Of a stretch of 64,000 bases of DNA, positions 42,898 to 52,442 are shown in pieces; position 1 is the stretch's first letter; each line of letters starts with the position of its first letter. Source of the DNA: a bacterium (GTDB lineage: Bacteria > Zhuqueibacterota > Zhuqueibacteria > Residuimicrobiales > Krinioviventaceae); NCBI GenBank assembly GCA_963675755.2, contig CAXXMD010000003.1:1856001-1920000 (forward strand), given 5' to 3'. The notes under the pieces were generated by a model. It was not told the DNA's origin and made no database searches. It saw only the letters and a list, made by a program, of their open reading frames with translations. Both the position numbers and the translations under genes were made by a program.

Positions 42898-44364
42898 ATG
42901 CCGCAATTAAGATCATTACTGAATGGGATTAATTTACAGAATGCTATTGGTCCACTTGATATTGATATTCGTGCAATACGTGTACAGGCGCAAAATATCA
43001 ATGCCGGTGATTTGTATATCGCTATTCCGGGCAACAGGCATGACGGACATGATTTTATAGATTTGGCAATAAACAAGGGTGCTGTTTGTGTATTACATGA
43101 AAAACCCGTAACATACCCCAATCCCAATGTAACCTATATTCAGGTTGAAAACTCCCGCAGGGCAAGTGCTTTACTCGCATCCAAATATTATGGTAATCCT
43201 TCGCAATCCATGAAATTGACGGCAATTACCGGCACAAATGGTAAAACAACAACCAGTTACCTGCTGCACACTTTATTGAAGCAAAACAAAATAAAACCCG
43301 GACTTTTGGGGACGATTACCTATTTGGCTGGAGACCAATCCATAGGGGCGGGGCTGACTACTCCGGCGCCTTTGCAGCTCCATCATTTGTTCAAGACATT
43401 CAAAAATCATAATGTTGAACATTGTGTAATGGAAGTCTCGAGCCATGCGCTTAAGCAGGAGCGTGTGTTTGGAATTGATTTTGACACTGCTGTTTTTACA
43501 AACCTTTCTCATGATCATTTGGATTATCATCCTACATTTGATGATTATGCGGATTCAAAATTATCATTGTTCCGGGGGTTAGGAGCAAATTCGTGGGCAA
43601 TAGTTAATCGGGATGATCCGTTTTCCAGTGTTGTGATCAAGGAATCGTTAACACGACAGATCATGACCTGCTCATTAAAAGATCCCGGTGCAGATGTTTT
43701 TGCTGAGCAGCTCATTGTTGACAACAAGGGATTGCGAATTAAAATAAATTCACCCCAAGGACCGTTGGAGATTGAATCTGCATTGTTTGGAAAACACAAT
43801 GCAGAAAATATACTGGCAGCCGTTGCCTTTGGTATTGTGTATAATATGCATGTTGACGACATCGCAAGCGGGATCTACAATTTAAAGTCAGTTTCGGGGC
43901 GATTTGAGCCGGTGCAAACCGATTTACCGTTTCCGGTGATTGTAGATTTTGCTCATACACCGGATGCGTTGCAAAAAACATTAACTACCGCCAGAACAAT
44001 ATTTGGAAAAAAGATAATAACTGTGTTTGGCTGCGGAGGGGATCGTGACAGAGAAAAGCGTCCGGTAATGGGCAGGATTGCTTCTGAAATGTCTGATCAG
44101 GTTGTGTTAACATCCGATAATCCACGGAATGAAGATCCAATTAAGATTATAAATGAAATCGAATCAGGTATGTTAAAAAGCAGTCTGAAACATATCATCC
44201 CTGACAGACGTAAAGCTATACATTACGCGCTATCAATTGCCGATGAAATCAGTTTAGTATTGATAGCGGGTAAGGGACATGAAACCAGACAAGATATTGG
44301 AGGAGAGATTGTACCCTTTGATGATCGCGATTGTGTATTAACATTTAATAATGAGAATATTTGA
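42898..44364 (+). CDS. murE: UDP-MurNAc-L-Ala-D-Glu:meso-diaminopimelate ligase
   Basis: ITGTNGKTT, TTP, MEVSSHAL, FTNLSHDHLDYH, DFAHTPDAL, GCGGDRD..KR..MG, and DNPR (mDAP specificity). Confidence 0.95.
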   Translation: MPQLRSLLNGINLQNAIGPLDIDIRAIRVQAQNINAGDLYIAIPGNRHDGHDFIDLAINKGAVCVLHEKPVTYPNPNVTYIQVENSRRASALLASKYYGNPSQSMKLTAITGTNGKTTTSYLLHTLLKQNKIKPGLLGTITYLAGDQSIGAGLTTPAPLQLHHLFKTFKNHNVEHCVMEVSSHALKQERVFGIDFDTAVFTNLSHDHLDYHPTFDDYADSKLSLFRGLGANSWAIVNRDDPFSSVVIKESLTRQIMTCSLKDPGADVFAEQLIVDNKGLRIKINSPQGPLEIESALFGKHNAENILAAVAFGIVYNMHVDDIASGIYNLKSVSGRFEPVQTDLPFPVIVDFAHTPDALQKTLTTARTIFGKKIITVFGCGGDRDREKRPVMGRIASEMSDQVVLTSDNPRNEDPIKIINEIESGMLKSSLKHIIPDRRKAIHYALSIADEISLVLIAGKGHETRQDIGGEIVPFDDRDCVLTFNNENI

Positions 44365-44425
44365 ATTTGAGAAAAATTTTTGTAAATTTGTTGTCAACGG
44401 TTGAAATGGAGTATCTGAGGAAAAA

Positions 44426-45616
44426 ATGACAACCAAACCTGTAATTGTGCAGAAATATGGCGGAAGTTCACTGGCAAGTCCTGAACATATACTGCATGTT
44501 GCTAAAAATATTGTAGAACGAAAATCTAAAGGCGTAGACCTGATTGTTGTGGTTTCTGCAATGGGAAAAACAACAGACCAGTTTGTAAAACTGGCGCATC
44601 AGGTAAATCCGAATCCGGATAAACGAGAGATGGATATGCTGCTGTCTGTTGGTGAACGGATTTCCATATCTGTACTGGCGCTTGCCATTAATGCTTTGGG
44701 AAAATATAAAGCTGTTAGTTATACCGGCAGCCAAATAGGATTGATAACAGATAACAATCACACCAATGCACGGGTGTTGGAAGTTAAGGGACATCGGCTT
44801 CGTGAAGCTCTGGCTGAAGATAAGATTGTAGTTATTGCCGGATTTCAGGGAGTATCCATAAATAAAGAGATTACAACATTGGGACGCGGCGGGTCAGATA
44901 CTACTGCAGTAGCAGTTGCCGCAGCAATTGATGCAGATGCCTGTGAGATCATGTCGGATGTTGATGGTATTTATAGTGCTGATCCCAATAAAATACCGCT
45001 TGCAAAGCGGATTGATAGGATTGACTATGATCAGGCCCTTGAAATGGCAGCCGCCGGTGCCAAAATGCTGCATAAAACCTCCATCGAGTTTGCCAAACGT
45101 CACAATGTAGAGTTGTCTCTGGGTTCTACAGCTAATGGTAATATAGGCACAATTGTAACGAATGAGGGCTTGAGTAAAGGAACCGTAAATGGCGTTGTGC
45201 TGGATCGGGATGTTACTGTTATACGTTTTTCGATTACAGAAGATGCTGCCCGTACATTGCCGCATTTGTTTTCCAAAGAACGGATCCAGCTCAAGGTTTG
45301 GCAGTGTGTACAGGGATTGGGTATACTTGCTGTATCTCAAGGAGATTTAACATCCGCAACCCGTTTATTGGAAGCAACAGCGCAGACTGTAAATGTTTTC
45401 CCGGATATGGCACTGCTCTCTATTATTGGAACCAATGTTGGCTTGGGAACCGATTCTGCTGAAAAATTTACAGGGTTATTAAAAGACCATATTCAAATGG
45501 GAATTATAATAGGTGGTGAGCTCTTTTTACGAGCGCTGCTAACCAACACAGAAAGTGAAAAATTATGTGCACGTGTGCACCAGTATTTTATCATTGATAA
45601 TAAAGAGATTAAATAA
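44426..45616 (+). CDS. lysC: Aspartate kinase
   Basis: VQKYGGSS, VVSAMG.TTD, GERIS, AGFQG, TTLGRGGSDTTAVA, SDVDGIYSADP. Confidence 0.92.
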   Translation: MTTKPVIVQKYGGSSLASPEHILHVAKNIVERKSKGVDLIVVVSAMGKTTDQFVKLAHQVNPNPDKREMDMLLSVGERISISVLALAINALGKYKAVSYTGSQIGLITDNNHTNARVLEVKGHRLREALAEDKIVVIAGFQGVSINKEITTLGRGGSDTTAVAVAAAIDADACEIMSDVDGIYSADPNKIPLAKRIDRIDYDQALEMAAAGAKMLHKTSIEFAKRHNVELSLGSTANGNIGTIVTNEGLSKGTVNGVVLDRDVTVIRFSITEDAARTLPHLFSKERIQLKVWQCVQGLGILAVSQGDLTSATRLLEATAQTVNVFPDMALLSIIGTNVGLGTDSAEKFTGLLKDHIQMGIIIGGELFLRALLTNTESEKLCARVHQYFIIDNKEIK

Positions 45617-46905
45617 TGGAAAAATTTGTTATACATGGCGTTAAAGACAAAAAATTAAGTGGTACCGTTAAAGTCTCTGGAAATAAAAACGAAGCTTTGC
45701 CTGTTTTGGCTGCCTGTTTACTTACCCCTGAGCCAATCGTGTTGAAAAATGTGCCCCGTATTGGGGATGTTGAAAGTATGCTTGATATCTTGCGTAGTCA
45801 GGGTGCTGAAATTACTGAACTGGAGAAAAATACTTTACAGATTCGGTGTGAAAAAATAGAGCACGCTGAACTGGATCCCCAGAGATGTTCAACATTGCGT
45901 GCGGCTATATTACTTGCCGGTCCGCTGGTTACCCGGTTTAATCGGGTTGTATTGCCCCCACCCGGAGGTGATGTTATTGGAAGACGCCGATTGGATACAC
46001 ATTTTCTGGCGTTAAAGAGTCTGGGTTCAAATGTAGATGTGGTTGATAAAAAGTATGTCTTTGAACAAGATGGTCTGCAAGGTGCAGATATCTTTTTGGA
46101 CGAGCAATCCGTAACCGCTACAGAAAACGCGATTATGGCTGCCGTACTGGCAAAAGGGCAGACCATTATCCGTAATGCTGCCTGCGAACCTCATGTTTCC
46201 GGTCTGGCTAAAATGCTGAACAAGATGGGAGCCCAAATATCCGGAATTGGCACCAATATTCTTACCATTGAGGGTGTGGAATCTTTGCATGGATGTGAGC
46301 ATGATATTGGTCCTGACTATTTGGAAATTGGCGGATACATTGTACTTGCCGCTATTACGCATTCCGACATCACAATAGAACCGATAAATCCCGAAGATCT
46401 TATGGTCATTCATTCCACGTTTTGTAAACTGGGTATATGTTATACAATCGATGGTGATAAACTGCATGTGCCCGGTGATCAAAATTTGGAAATTACCGAA
46501 GACTTTGCCGGAGATATACCCAAGATTGCTGATGGGACCTGGCCCGCATTTCCTTCTGATCTGATGAGTATTGTGATTGTTGCCGCAACTCAGGCCAAAG
46601 GCACGGTTCTGGTTTTTGAAAAAATGTATGATGGCCGTATGTTTTTTGTGGATTATCTGATATCCATGGGAGCAAAGATCGTACTATGTGATCCCCACCG
46701 CGCGGTGATTGTGGGACCTGCCAGACTTTATGGTACCCAGTTGACCAGTCCTGATATTCGTGCCGGTATGTCATTGATTATTGCTGCCCTTTGTGCAAAA
46801 GGGAAAAGCGAGATCTATAACATCAAACAGATCGACAGGGGATATGAAGACCTGGAAGGAAAGTTGAGAAAACTTGGCGCCAACATAGAACGGGTAAGTG
46901 ATTAA
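45616..46905 (+). CDS. murA: UDP-GlcNAc 1-carboxyvinyltransferase
   Basis: SGNKN.ALP, LRA.ILL.GP, PGGDVIGRR, SVTATEN, AACEP, FPSDL, DIRAG, IDRGYE. Confidence 0.96.
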   Translation: MEKFVIHGVKDKKLSGTVKVSGNKNEALPVLAACLLTPEPIVLKNVPRIGDVESMLDILRSQGAEITELEKNTLQIRCEKIEHAELDPQRCSTLRAAILLAGPLVTRFNRVVLPPPGGDVIGRRRLDTHFLALKSLGSNVDVVDKKYVFEQDGLQGADIFLDEQSVTATENAIMAAVLAKGQTIIRNAACEPHVSGLAKMLNKMGAQISGIGTNILTIEGVESLHGCEHDIGPDYLEIGGYIVLAAITHSDITIEPINPEDLMVIHSTFCKLGICYTIDGDKLHVPGDQNLEITEDFAGDIPKIADGTWPAFPSDLMSIVIVAATQAKGTVLVFEKMYDGRMFFVDYLISMGAKIVLCDPHRAVIVGPARLYGTQLTSPDIRAGMSLIIAALCAKGKSEIYNIKQIDRGYEDLEGKLRKLGANIERVSD

Positions 46906-47814
46906 GTGGATAGATTGCCTCAAAGTATTATAGAAAAGTATGGTATTGAACAAAATGCTGATTTAAAGCCCTATACCAATATTCGAATTGGGGGCACGGC
47001 AGAATATCTAGTAAAGATTACATCTATTGATTCTTTTGTTGAATTGTTCAAGTATTGTAAACAAGCCGGAATACGTTTTCAACCTTTGGGTCAGGGAAGT
47101 AATGTTTTCTTTTCTGATAAAGGTTTTGATGGATTGGTGGCTGTCCTTGCATTTGATGGTATAGAAAAAATTAATGATACATCGCTTTGTGTGCAAGCCG
47201 GCACACCTCTTTCAGCAGTAAATCGATATTGTATTTGTAATTCATTAACAGGGTTTGAGTTTTCTTCCGGAATTCCCGGTACCGTTGGTGGTGCTGTGTA
47301 TGGCAATGCCGGTGCTTATGGACGGAACATTGGGGAATGTATAAAGTCTGCAACTGTTTTGATACCCAATGGTACGATTGAAAAGGTCGATGTCTCTTTT
47401 TTCAATTTTTCATATCGCCATTCTGCATTAAAAGAAAACAACGCAATTTTGCTGGACGTTTGTCTGGAATTGCAAAAAGGTGAGTACGATGCAATCCTAA
47501 AGCGGGTTAGAGAAATTCATGCAATTCGTAGTAAAAAGCTTCCTCATTGGAGTACCGCAACCGCCGGTTCTTTTTTCAAAAATATACCTAATCCTGATGG
47601 GATGAACATTGCAGCGGCCAAGTATTTGGATTCTGTTGGAAGCAAAGAAACAACAGTAGGGGATGCAGGAATCCATCCCAAACATGCAAATATATTTTAC
47701 AATCGTGGAAATGCTACCGCCAAAGATATCTTACAGCTTGAAGAAATATTACGTGAGCGCGTAAGAGAGAAATATAATCTGGTTCTTGAGCGCGAAGTGA
47801 TGTTTATTGAATAG
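46906..47814 (+). CDS. murB: UDP-N-acetylenolpyruvoylglucosamine reductase
   Basis: IGGTA, LGQGSN, GIPGTVGGAVYGNAGAYG, FSYRHS, AGSFFKN, KHAN, LEREV. GTG start. Confidence 0.94.
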   Translation: MDRLPQSIIEKYGIEQNADLKPYTNIRIGGTAEYLVKITSIDSFVELFKYCKQAGIRFQPLGQGSNVFFSDKGFDGLVAVLAFDGIEKINDTSLCVQAGTPLSAVNRYCICNSLTGFEFSSGIPGTVGGAVYGNAGAYGRNIGECIKSATVLIPNGTIEKVDVSFFNFSYRHSALKENNAILLDVCLELQKGEYDAILKRVREIHAIRSKKLPHWSTATAGSFFKNIPNPDGMNIAAAKYLDSVGSKETTVGDAGIHPKHANIFYNRGNATAKDILQLEEILRERVREKYNLVLEREVMFIE

Positions 47815-47815
47815 A

Positions 47816-48229
47816 TTAGCCCTTGATTCTTTCCTGAAAGGTCGCTAAAAATTCTTCCGGGGTTTTACTGGCCAGAGCCATTTTTTCCATAGGACATTTA
47901 TCTGTATTATCACGGTTCATGATAACCGGTATAGTTTTTTCTGCCGTGATAGGAATATTATATTCCTCTAAAAGTGACAAAGCTGTTTCACTTGCCAGGG
48001 GAGTATATATCTCTTTTACTTTACCCAGAATGCATAAATATGCTGCAGCTCTTCCGATAATTTTATCATAAAGGATTGCGTCTTCCATTCCTTCCGGATT
48101 GGTTTGGAGTGCAGTATAGAGAGGTTTTATCATGGGATCATATGATTCAAAAACAGTTTCACCGTTTTTGATGATCAACAATGAAAGTCCTTTTGATTTT
48201 AATGTGTCAAGGTTTTGCTGTGGGGTCAT
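47816..48229 (-). CDS. DUF1893 (TM1506-like) protein
   Basis: IKPLY, DKIIGRAAA, S..A..LL, I.NRD.T..CPME. Confidence 0.82.
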   Translation of the reverse strand: MTPQQNLDTLKSKGLSLLIIKNGETVFESYDPMIKPLYTALQTNPEGMEDAILYDKIIGRAAAYLCILGKVKEIYTPLASETALSLLEEYNIPITAEKTIPVIMNRDNTDKCPMEKMALASKTPEEFLATFQERIKG

Positions 48230-48390
48230 GTTTTATCTCATCTTTAAAATTTTTCAAATATAGCAAAATAAATTTCGTAAACCAAGGTTTTAAAATGTAA
48301 AACTTTGTCACGCGAATATTTTTGCTGGACATTTTAACTTTAAATGTATATAGTATAAAGTAGTAACCAAATACATTTGGAGGAAAGGGT

Positions 48391-49722
48391 ATGGTTAACA
48401 TTACACGCAGAGATTTTGTGAAAAATTCTGCAGCAGTCGCTGCTGCTTCGGCAGTAATGATCGGTCCCAAAACCTGGGCCGGTGCAAATGACAAAATACG
48501 TGTTGCTTGTGTAGGTGTACATGGACGAGGTGGAAGCCATATACGTGGATTTCAGGCATTACCTGGTGTTGAAGTAACTACACTTTGTGATGTTGATGAA
48601 AAAGTTTTATCAGATCGTACCAAAGAATTTGAAGAAAAGGGATGGAAAAAACCGAAAACATATACTGACATCCGTAAACTTTTAGAAGATAAAGATGTGG
48701 ATGTTGTTGCTATGGCAACACCAAACCATTGGCATGCATTAGGTACCATTTGGGCTTGTCAGGCAGGTAAAGATGTATATGTTGAAAAACCAGCCAGCCA
48801 TAATATTTTTGAAGGTCGCAAAATGGTTGAAGCTGCACGAAAATACAATAGAATGGTACAATGTGGTATGCAAATCCGCAGTTCCATTGCTATTCAAGCA
48901 GCTGTTGAATTTATGAAAAGCGGACAATTGGGTGAAGTATATATGGCCAAAGGTCTTTGCTATAAATGGAGAAACACGATTGGCCATACACCAAACGAAC
49001 CCGTACCCGAAGGCGTTCATTATGATTCATGGCTTGGACCTGCTCCAAATCGTCCTTTCTCAAAAAACCGTTTTCATTACAATTGGCACTGGCACTGGGA
49101 TTATGGTAATGGTGATATTGGAAACCAGGGTGTTCACCAGCTTGATGTTGCTCGCTGGGGACTGGGTCTTGATACACATCCTGTAAAAATCCAGTCTATG
49201 GGTGGTCACATGATGTTTGATGATGATCAGGAAACACCAAATGTTCAACATGCGTTTTTTGAATATCCAAATCCTGATGGTGGTGGCGATAAAAAGAAAA
49301 TGCTCCAATTTGAAGTACGTCACTGGATTACCAACCACGAAGGTGGAGTTGGTGAAGGCCCCAGTAATACGGTTGGTATTATCTTTTATGGTTCTGAAGG
49401 ATATCTTGTAGTTGACAGTTATAATAGCTGGCATACATTCTTTGGACGTAAACGGGAACCGGGTCCAAATGCGGATGCTGGTGGCAATCATTTCCAGAAT
49501 TTTATTGATGCTGTACGCGCACGTGATTATACGATTCTGAATGGTGATGTGGAAGAAGGACACCTCAGCGCGGCATTGAACCACATGGCAATGACAGCTT
49601 ATCGTCTGGAAAGAACACTCGAGTTTGATCCTAAAAAAGAAATGTATGTAAACGATGACGAAGCCAACGCTATGTTGACCCGTGATTATCGGGCACCTTT
49701 TATTGTACCAGATAACGTTTAA
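48391..49722 (+). CDS. Gfo/Idh/MocA family oxidoreductase, Tat-exported
   Basis: TRRDFVK, GVHGRG, ATPNHWH, GKDVYVEKP, WLGPAP, GDIGNQGVHQLD. Confidence 0.93.
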   Translation: MVNITRRDFVKNSAAVAAASAVMIGPKTWAGANDKIRVACVGVHGRGGSHIRGFQALPGVEVTTLCDVDEKVLSDRTKEFEEKGWKKPKTYTDIRKLLEDKDVDVVAMATPNHWHALGTIWACQAGKDVYVEKPASHNIFEGRKMVEAARKYNRMVQCGMQIRSSIAIQAAVEFMKSGQLGEVYMAKGLCYKWRNTIGHTPNEPVPEGVHYDSWLGPAPNRPFSKNRFHYNWHWHWDYGNGDIGNQGVHQLDVARWGLGLDTHPVKIQSMGGHMMFDDDQETPNVQHAFFEYPNPDGGGDKKKMLQFEVRHWITNHEGGVGEGPSNTVGIIFYGSEGYLVVDSYNSWHTFFGRKREPGPNADAGGNHFQNFIDAVRARDYTILNGDVEEGHLSAALNHMAMTAYRLERTLEFDPKKEMYVNDDEANAMLTRDYRAPFIVPDNV

Positions 49723-49726
49723 AAAT

Positions 49727-49760
49727 AAAAAAAGCCCGATTTTAAAATCGGGCTTTTTTT
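49727..49760. terminator. Bidirectional terminator; perfect 34-bp palindrome
   Basis: AAAAAAAGCCCGATTTT|AAAATCGGGCTTTTTTT between convergent genes. Confidence 0.88.
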
Positions 49761-50764
49761 ATGATCATATCTAAAACCTGTTCAACAGGTATTAATTTCA
49801 TGGGATTTTTTCCCTCTCCATAATCCGCATCTTCCGGCGGTGTTATTACAGAATCCAATTGATTATATGGCCCCCATCGATTGGGATGACATGCCTGAAG
49901 GGTGCAATATAATCCAACTACATTACTACCGGTTGCAACTGCCAGATGTAAGGGGCCAGTGCTGTTAGCAGTAACAATGGCAGCATGCTTTAGAGCACAC
50001 GCAAGTTCTTTAATATCCAGTTGACCGTCAAACCGTATAACGTCTGTAGCTTTTTGAGCTATGGTTTCTGCCAGTGGTGATTCAGAAGCAGAACCGGTTA
50101 TAACAACAGGTATGTTGTGTATTTTGATTAATTGCTTTGCCAGCTCTGCAAAGTTATCTATAGGCCAGTCCAGAGCAGAGCCACCGCTGCCCGGATGGAT
50201 TACAACATAGGGTTTGTCTTTTATATTATTCTGCTCAAGTAACTTTTGCACACGCTGTTCAGCTTTTTCAGGAATGTTGAATTTAAACTCAATATCTTCA
50301 ATGTTGGCACCAATAACTTTTACTAAATCGAGATTTAATTCAAGCTCGTGTCTGCCGCTCTTTTTCCGGTGCTGCATTATTCTTGTATTAAACAGCAACG
50401 AATATGATCGGTAACCCGTGCCTACCCGATTGGGAATGCCGGCCAGCCAGCAAAGAATTGCCAAGCGTGTTGAGGGATGCAGTACCAGAGCTGTGTCAAA
50501 GTTTTTTGATTTAATTAATCTAACAAGTTTGAATAGACCTTTAATACCCTGGTGTTCTCCCTTATTATCATCAATAAGGATTTCATCAAGATCCGGATGA
50601 CCGGAAATGACATCTTGGGTATAGGGAGCAATCATCATGGTGGTATGTGAGCGGGGCCAGGTTTTTTTTATAGCTGTAAGAACAGGCGTTGATAAAAGTA
50701 CATCGCCCATTCTGTCAGTTCTAATGATTAATATGCGTTGAGGATCTGAGTTTTTGCCTGCCAT
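49742..50764 (-). CDS. Glycosyltransferase family 9 (LPS heptosyltransferase-like)
   Basis: ILIIRTDRMGDVLL.TP, IHPGSGG...W, NSTGPLHLA.A. Confidence 0.9.
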   Translation of the reverse strand: MAGKNSDPQRILIIRTDRMGDVLLSTPVLTAIKKTWPRSHTTMMIAPYTQDVISGHPDLDEILIDDNKGEHQGIKGLFKLVRLIKSKNFDTALVLHPSTRLAILCWLAGIPNRVGTGYRSYSLLFNTRIMQHRKKSGRHELELNLDLVKVIGANIEDIEFKFNIPEKAEQRVQKLLEQNNIKDKPYVVIHPGSGGSALDWPIDNFAELAKQLIKIHNIPVVITGSASESPLAETIAQKATDVIRFDGQLDIKELACALKHAAIVTANSTGPLHLAVATGSNVVGLYCTLQACHPNRWGPYNQLDSVITPPEDADYGEGKNPMKLIPVEQVLDMIIKKARF

Positions 50765-51405
50765 TAAAAACCCAGGTCAATTACAGTGCCAATTTCTAGA
50801 GGAGTTATTGCGCCTTCCCGGATAATGCGTGCGGGATTGCGTGTAACATCAATTACGGTTGATGGATTTGTTGAGGGTGTTATACCTCCATCAATAACTA
50901 AATCCAGTTGATCTCCAAAGTAATTGACAACTTCTTGAGCTGTGTTTGCTGCGGGTTGCCCGGAAAGGTTGGCGCTGGTGGATACCAGGGGGAAACCGGT
51001 GAATTTCAATAAAGAGAGACAAATGGGATTATCAGGAATTCGTATAGCAATGGTTTTGGATCGTCCAAATTCAAAATCTTTGAGTGCTGCGGAAGTATTG
51101 AATACAATGGTAAGGGGACCGGGCCAAAAGTTTTCCATTAGTTTTTCAGCTGCCTCGGGAATTTCGTCAACGATATCACTGACCTGGAGAATATCTGCCG
51201 CAATCAGGATCATTGCTTTGCTTTTATCCCGATGTTTTAGGTCATAGATACGATTTACTGCATGATCAATATATGTACTACATCCTACACCGTAAACAGT
51301 TTCAGTAGGATATCCAATAACGCCGCCATTTCTCAGGATTTTAGCTGCGCGAGCAATAAGATCGGATTCGGGATGGATATTGTTTATTTTCAGTATGTTG
51401 CTCAT
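50764..51405 (-). CDS. tsaC: L-threonylcarbamoyladenylate synthase (TsaC/YrdC, Sua5 family)
   Basis: PTETVYG, IYDLK.R...K, FWPGPLT, IAIRIP, STSANLSG, STVID. Start MSNILKI. Confidence 0.92.
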   Translation of the reverse strand: MSNILKINNIHPESDLIARAAKILRNGGVIGYPTETVYGVGCSTYIDHAVNRIYDLKHRDKSKAMILIAADILQVSDIVDEIPEAAEKLMENFWPGPLTIVFNTSAALKDFEFGRSKTIAIRIPDNPICLSLLKFTGFPLVSTSANLSGQPAANTAQEVVNYFGDQLDLVIDGGITPSTNPSTVIDVTRNPARIIREGAITPLEIGTVIDLGF

Positions 51406-51410
51406 GCTTT

Positions 51411-52442
51411 TTATTTGTTTACCTCGATAACATTTAGTACTGTATCTAAAACCATTTGGGGCTCCAGTTCTGTCATACAGACATGAGTCCCAATTGGACA
51501 TTTTTTACTTCCGTGAATAGCACAGGGTCTGCAATTCAGACCTTTTTGTTCAATTACCGTGTGGCCGCTGCCATAGGGATAAAATCCAAAAGCGGGTACG
51601 GTTGGGCCAAAAATGGCAATAACTTTTGTGTTCACAGCAACACCCAGGTGCAATGTGCCGCTATCGTTACAAACCAGCGTCTTGCATTTGGTCAAGACCG
51701 CTGCGGATTGTCGTAAAGATAATTTCCCAGCCAGATTTACGACACTGCGTTTATCTGAATCACCTATTATATCGTTACAAAGGTTTATGTCATCAGGGCC
51801 GCCAATTAACACAACATTTAAATTGTTTTGGGTCAGCCTGTTTACCAGTTCACGATAATGGTCTTGCGGCCATTTTTTTGTGTTCCAAACCGAACCTGGT
51901 GCCACGGCAACCAGTGTAAGGGTATCTGATAATTTTTCTAAATGATTTTCAATAACAGAGTAATCATTTTCATCCGGGTATACCCGCGGCCCGGAGCTAT
52001 TTATAATTTTACTATCAATAGCCTGCAAAAGATTCAGATTTCTTTCAACTTCATGGAGCGTTGATTGATAGGCTATAGAGTTTGTATATAAAAAGGATCC
52101 ACTACTTTTATCAAAACCGATTCGTGTCTTTGAACCGGTTAACAGTGCTAGAACAGCACTGCGCATGGATCGGTGGGGTATGATTACACTTTTATATCTT
52201 CTTTTTCTCAGTTCTTTTGCGAGTCTGATAAAGTTGATAAAACCTTTATCTTTACCGCGTTTATCATATTCTATAATATTATTAATATTTGGATTATTTT
52301 CCAACACATTTTTTGAGTTTGGAACCACAATTACATCAATTTTCGCATCGGATTGTATGTTTTTTAATGCTTGCAGCAGCGGTGTGGTCAATATAACATC
52401 GCCAATGAAGGCAGTCTGAATAACCAGTATATTATGATCCAT
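51411..52442 (-). CDS. waaF: Lipopolysaccharide heptosyltransferase II (GT9)
   Basis: ILVIQTAFIGDVILTTP, PHRS.RSA, APGSVWNTKKWP, NDSG.LHL, FGPT, CRPC..HG...CP. Confidence 0.82.
   Translation of the reverse strand: MDHNILVIQTAFIGDVILTTPLLQALKNIQSDAKIDVIVVPNSKNVLENNPNINNIIEYDKRGKDKGFINFIRLAKELRKRRYKSVIIPHRSMRSAVLALLTGSKTRIGFDKSSGSFLYTNSIAYQSTLHEVERNLNLLQAIDSKIINSSGPRVYPDENDYSVIENHLEKLSDTLTLVAVAPGSVWNTKKWPQDHYRELVNRLTQNNLNVVLIGGPDDINLCNDIIGDSDKRSVVNLAGKLSLRQSAAVLTKCKTLVCNDSGTLHLGVAVNTKVIAIFGPTVPAFGFYPYGSGHTVIEQKGLNCRPCAIHGSKKCPIGTHVCMTELEPQMVLDTVLNVIEVNK

Noticed and set aside
51406-51501. Extended N-terminus of tsaC
   Set aside because: It overlaps waaF by about 90 nt; family similarity begins at MSNILKI (51405).
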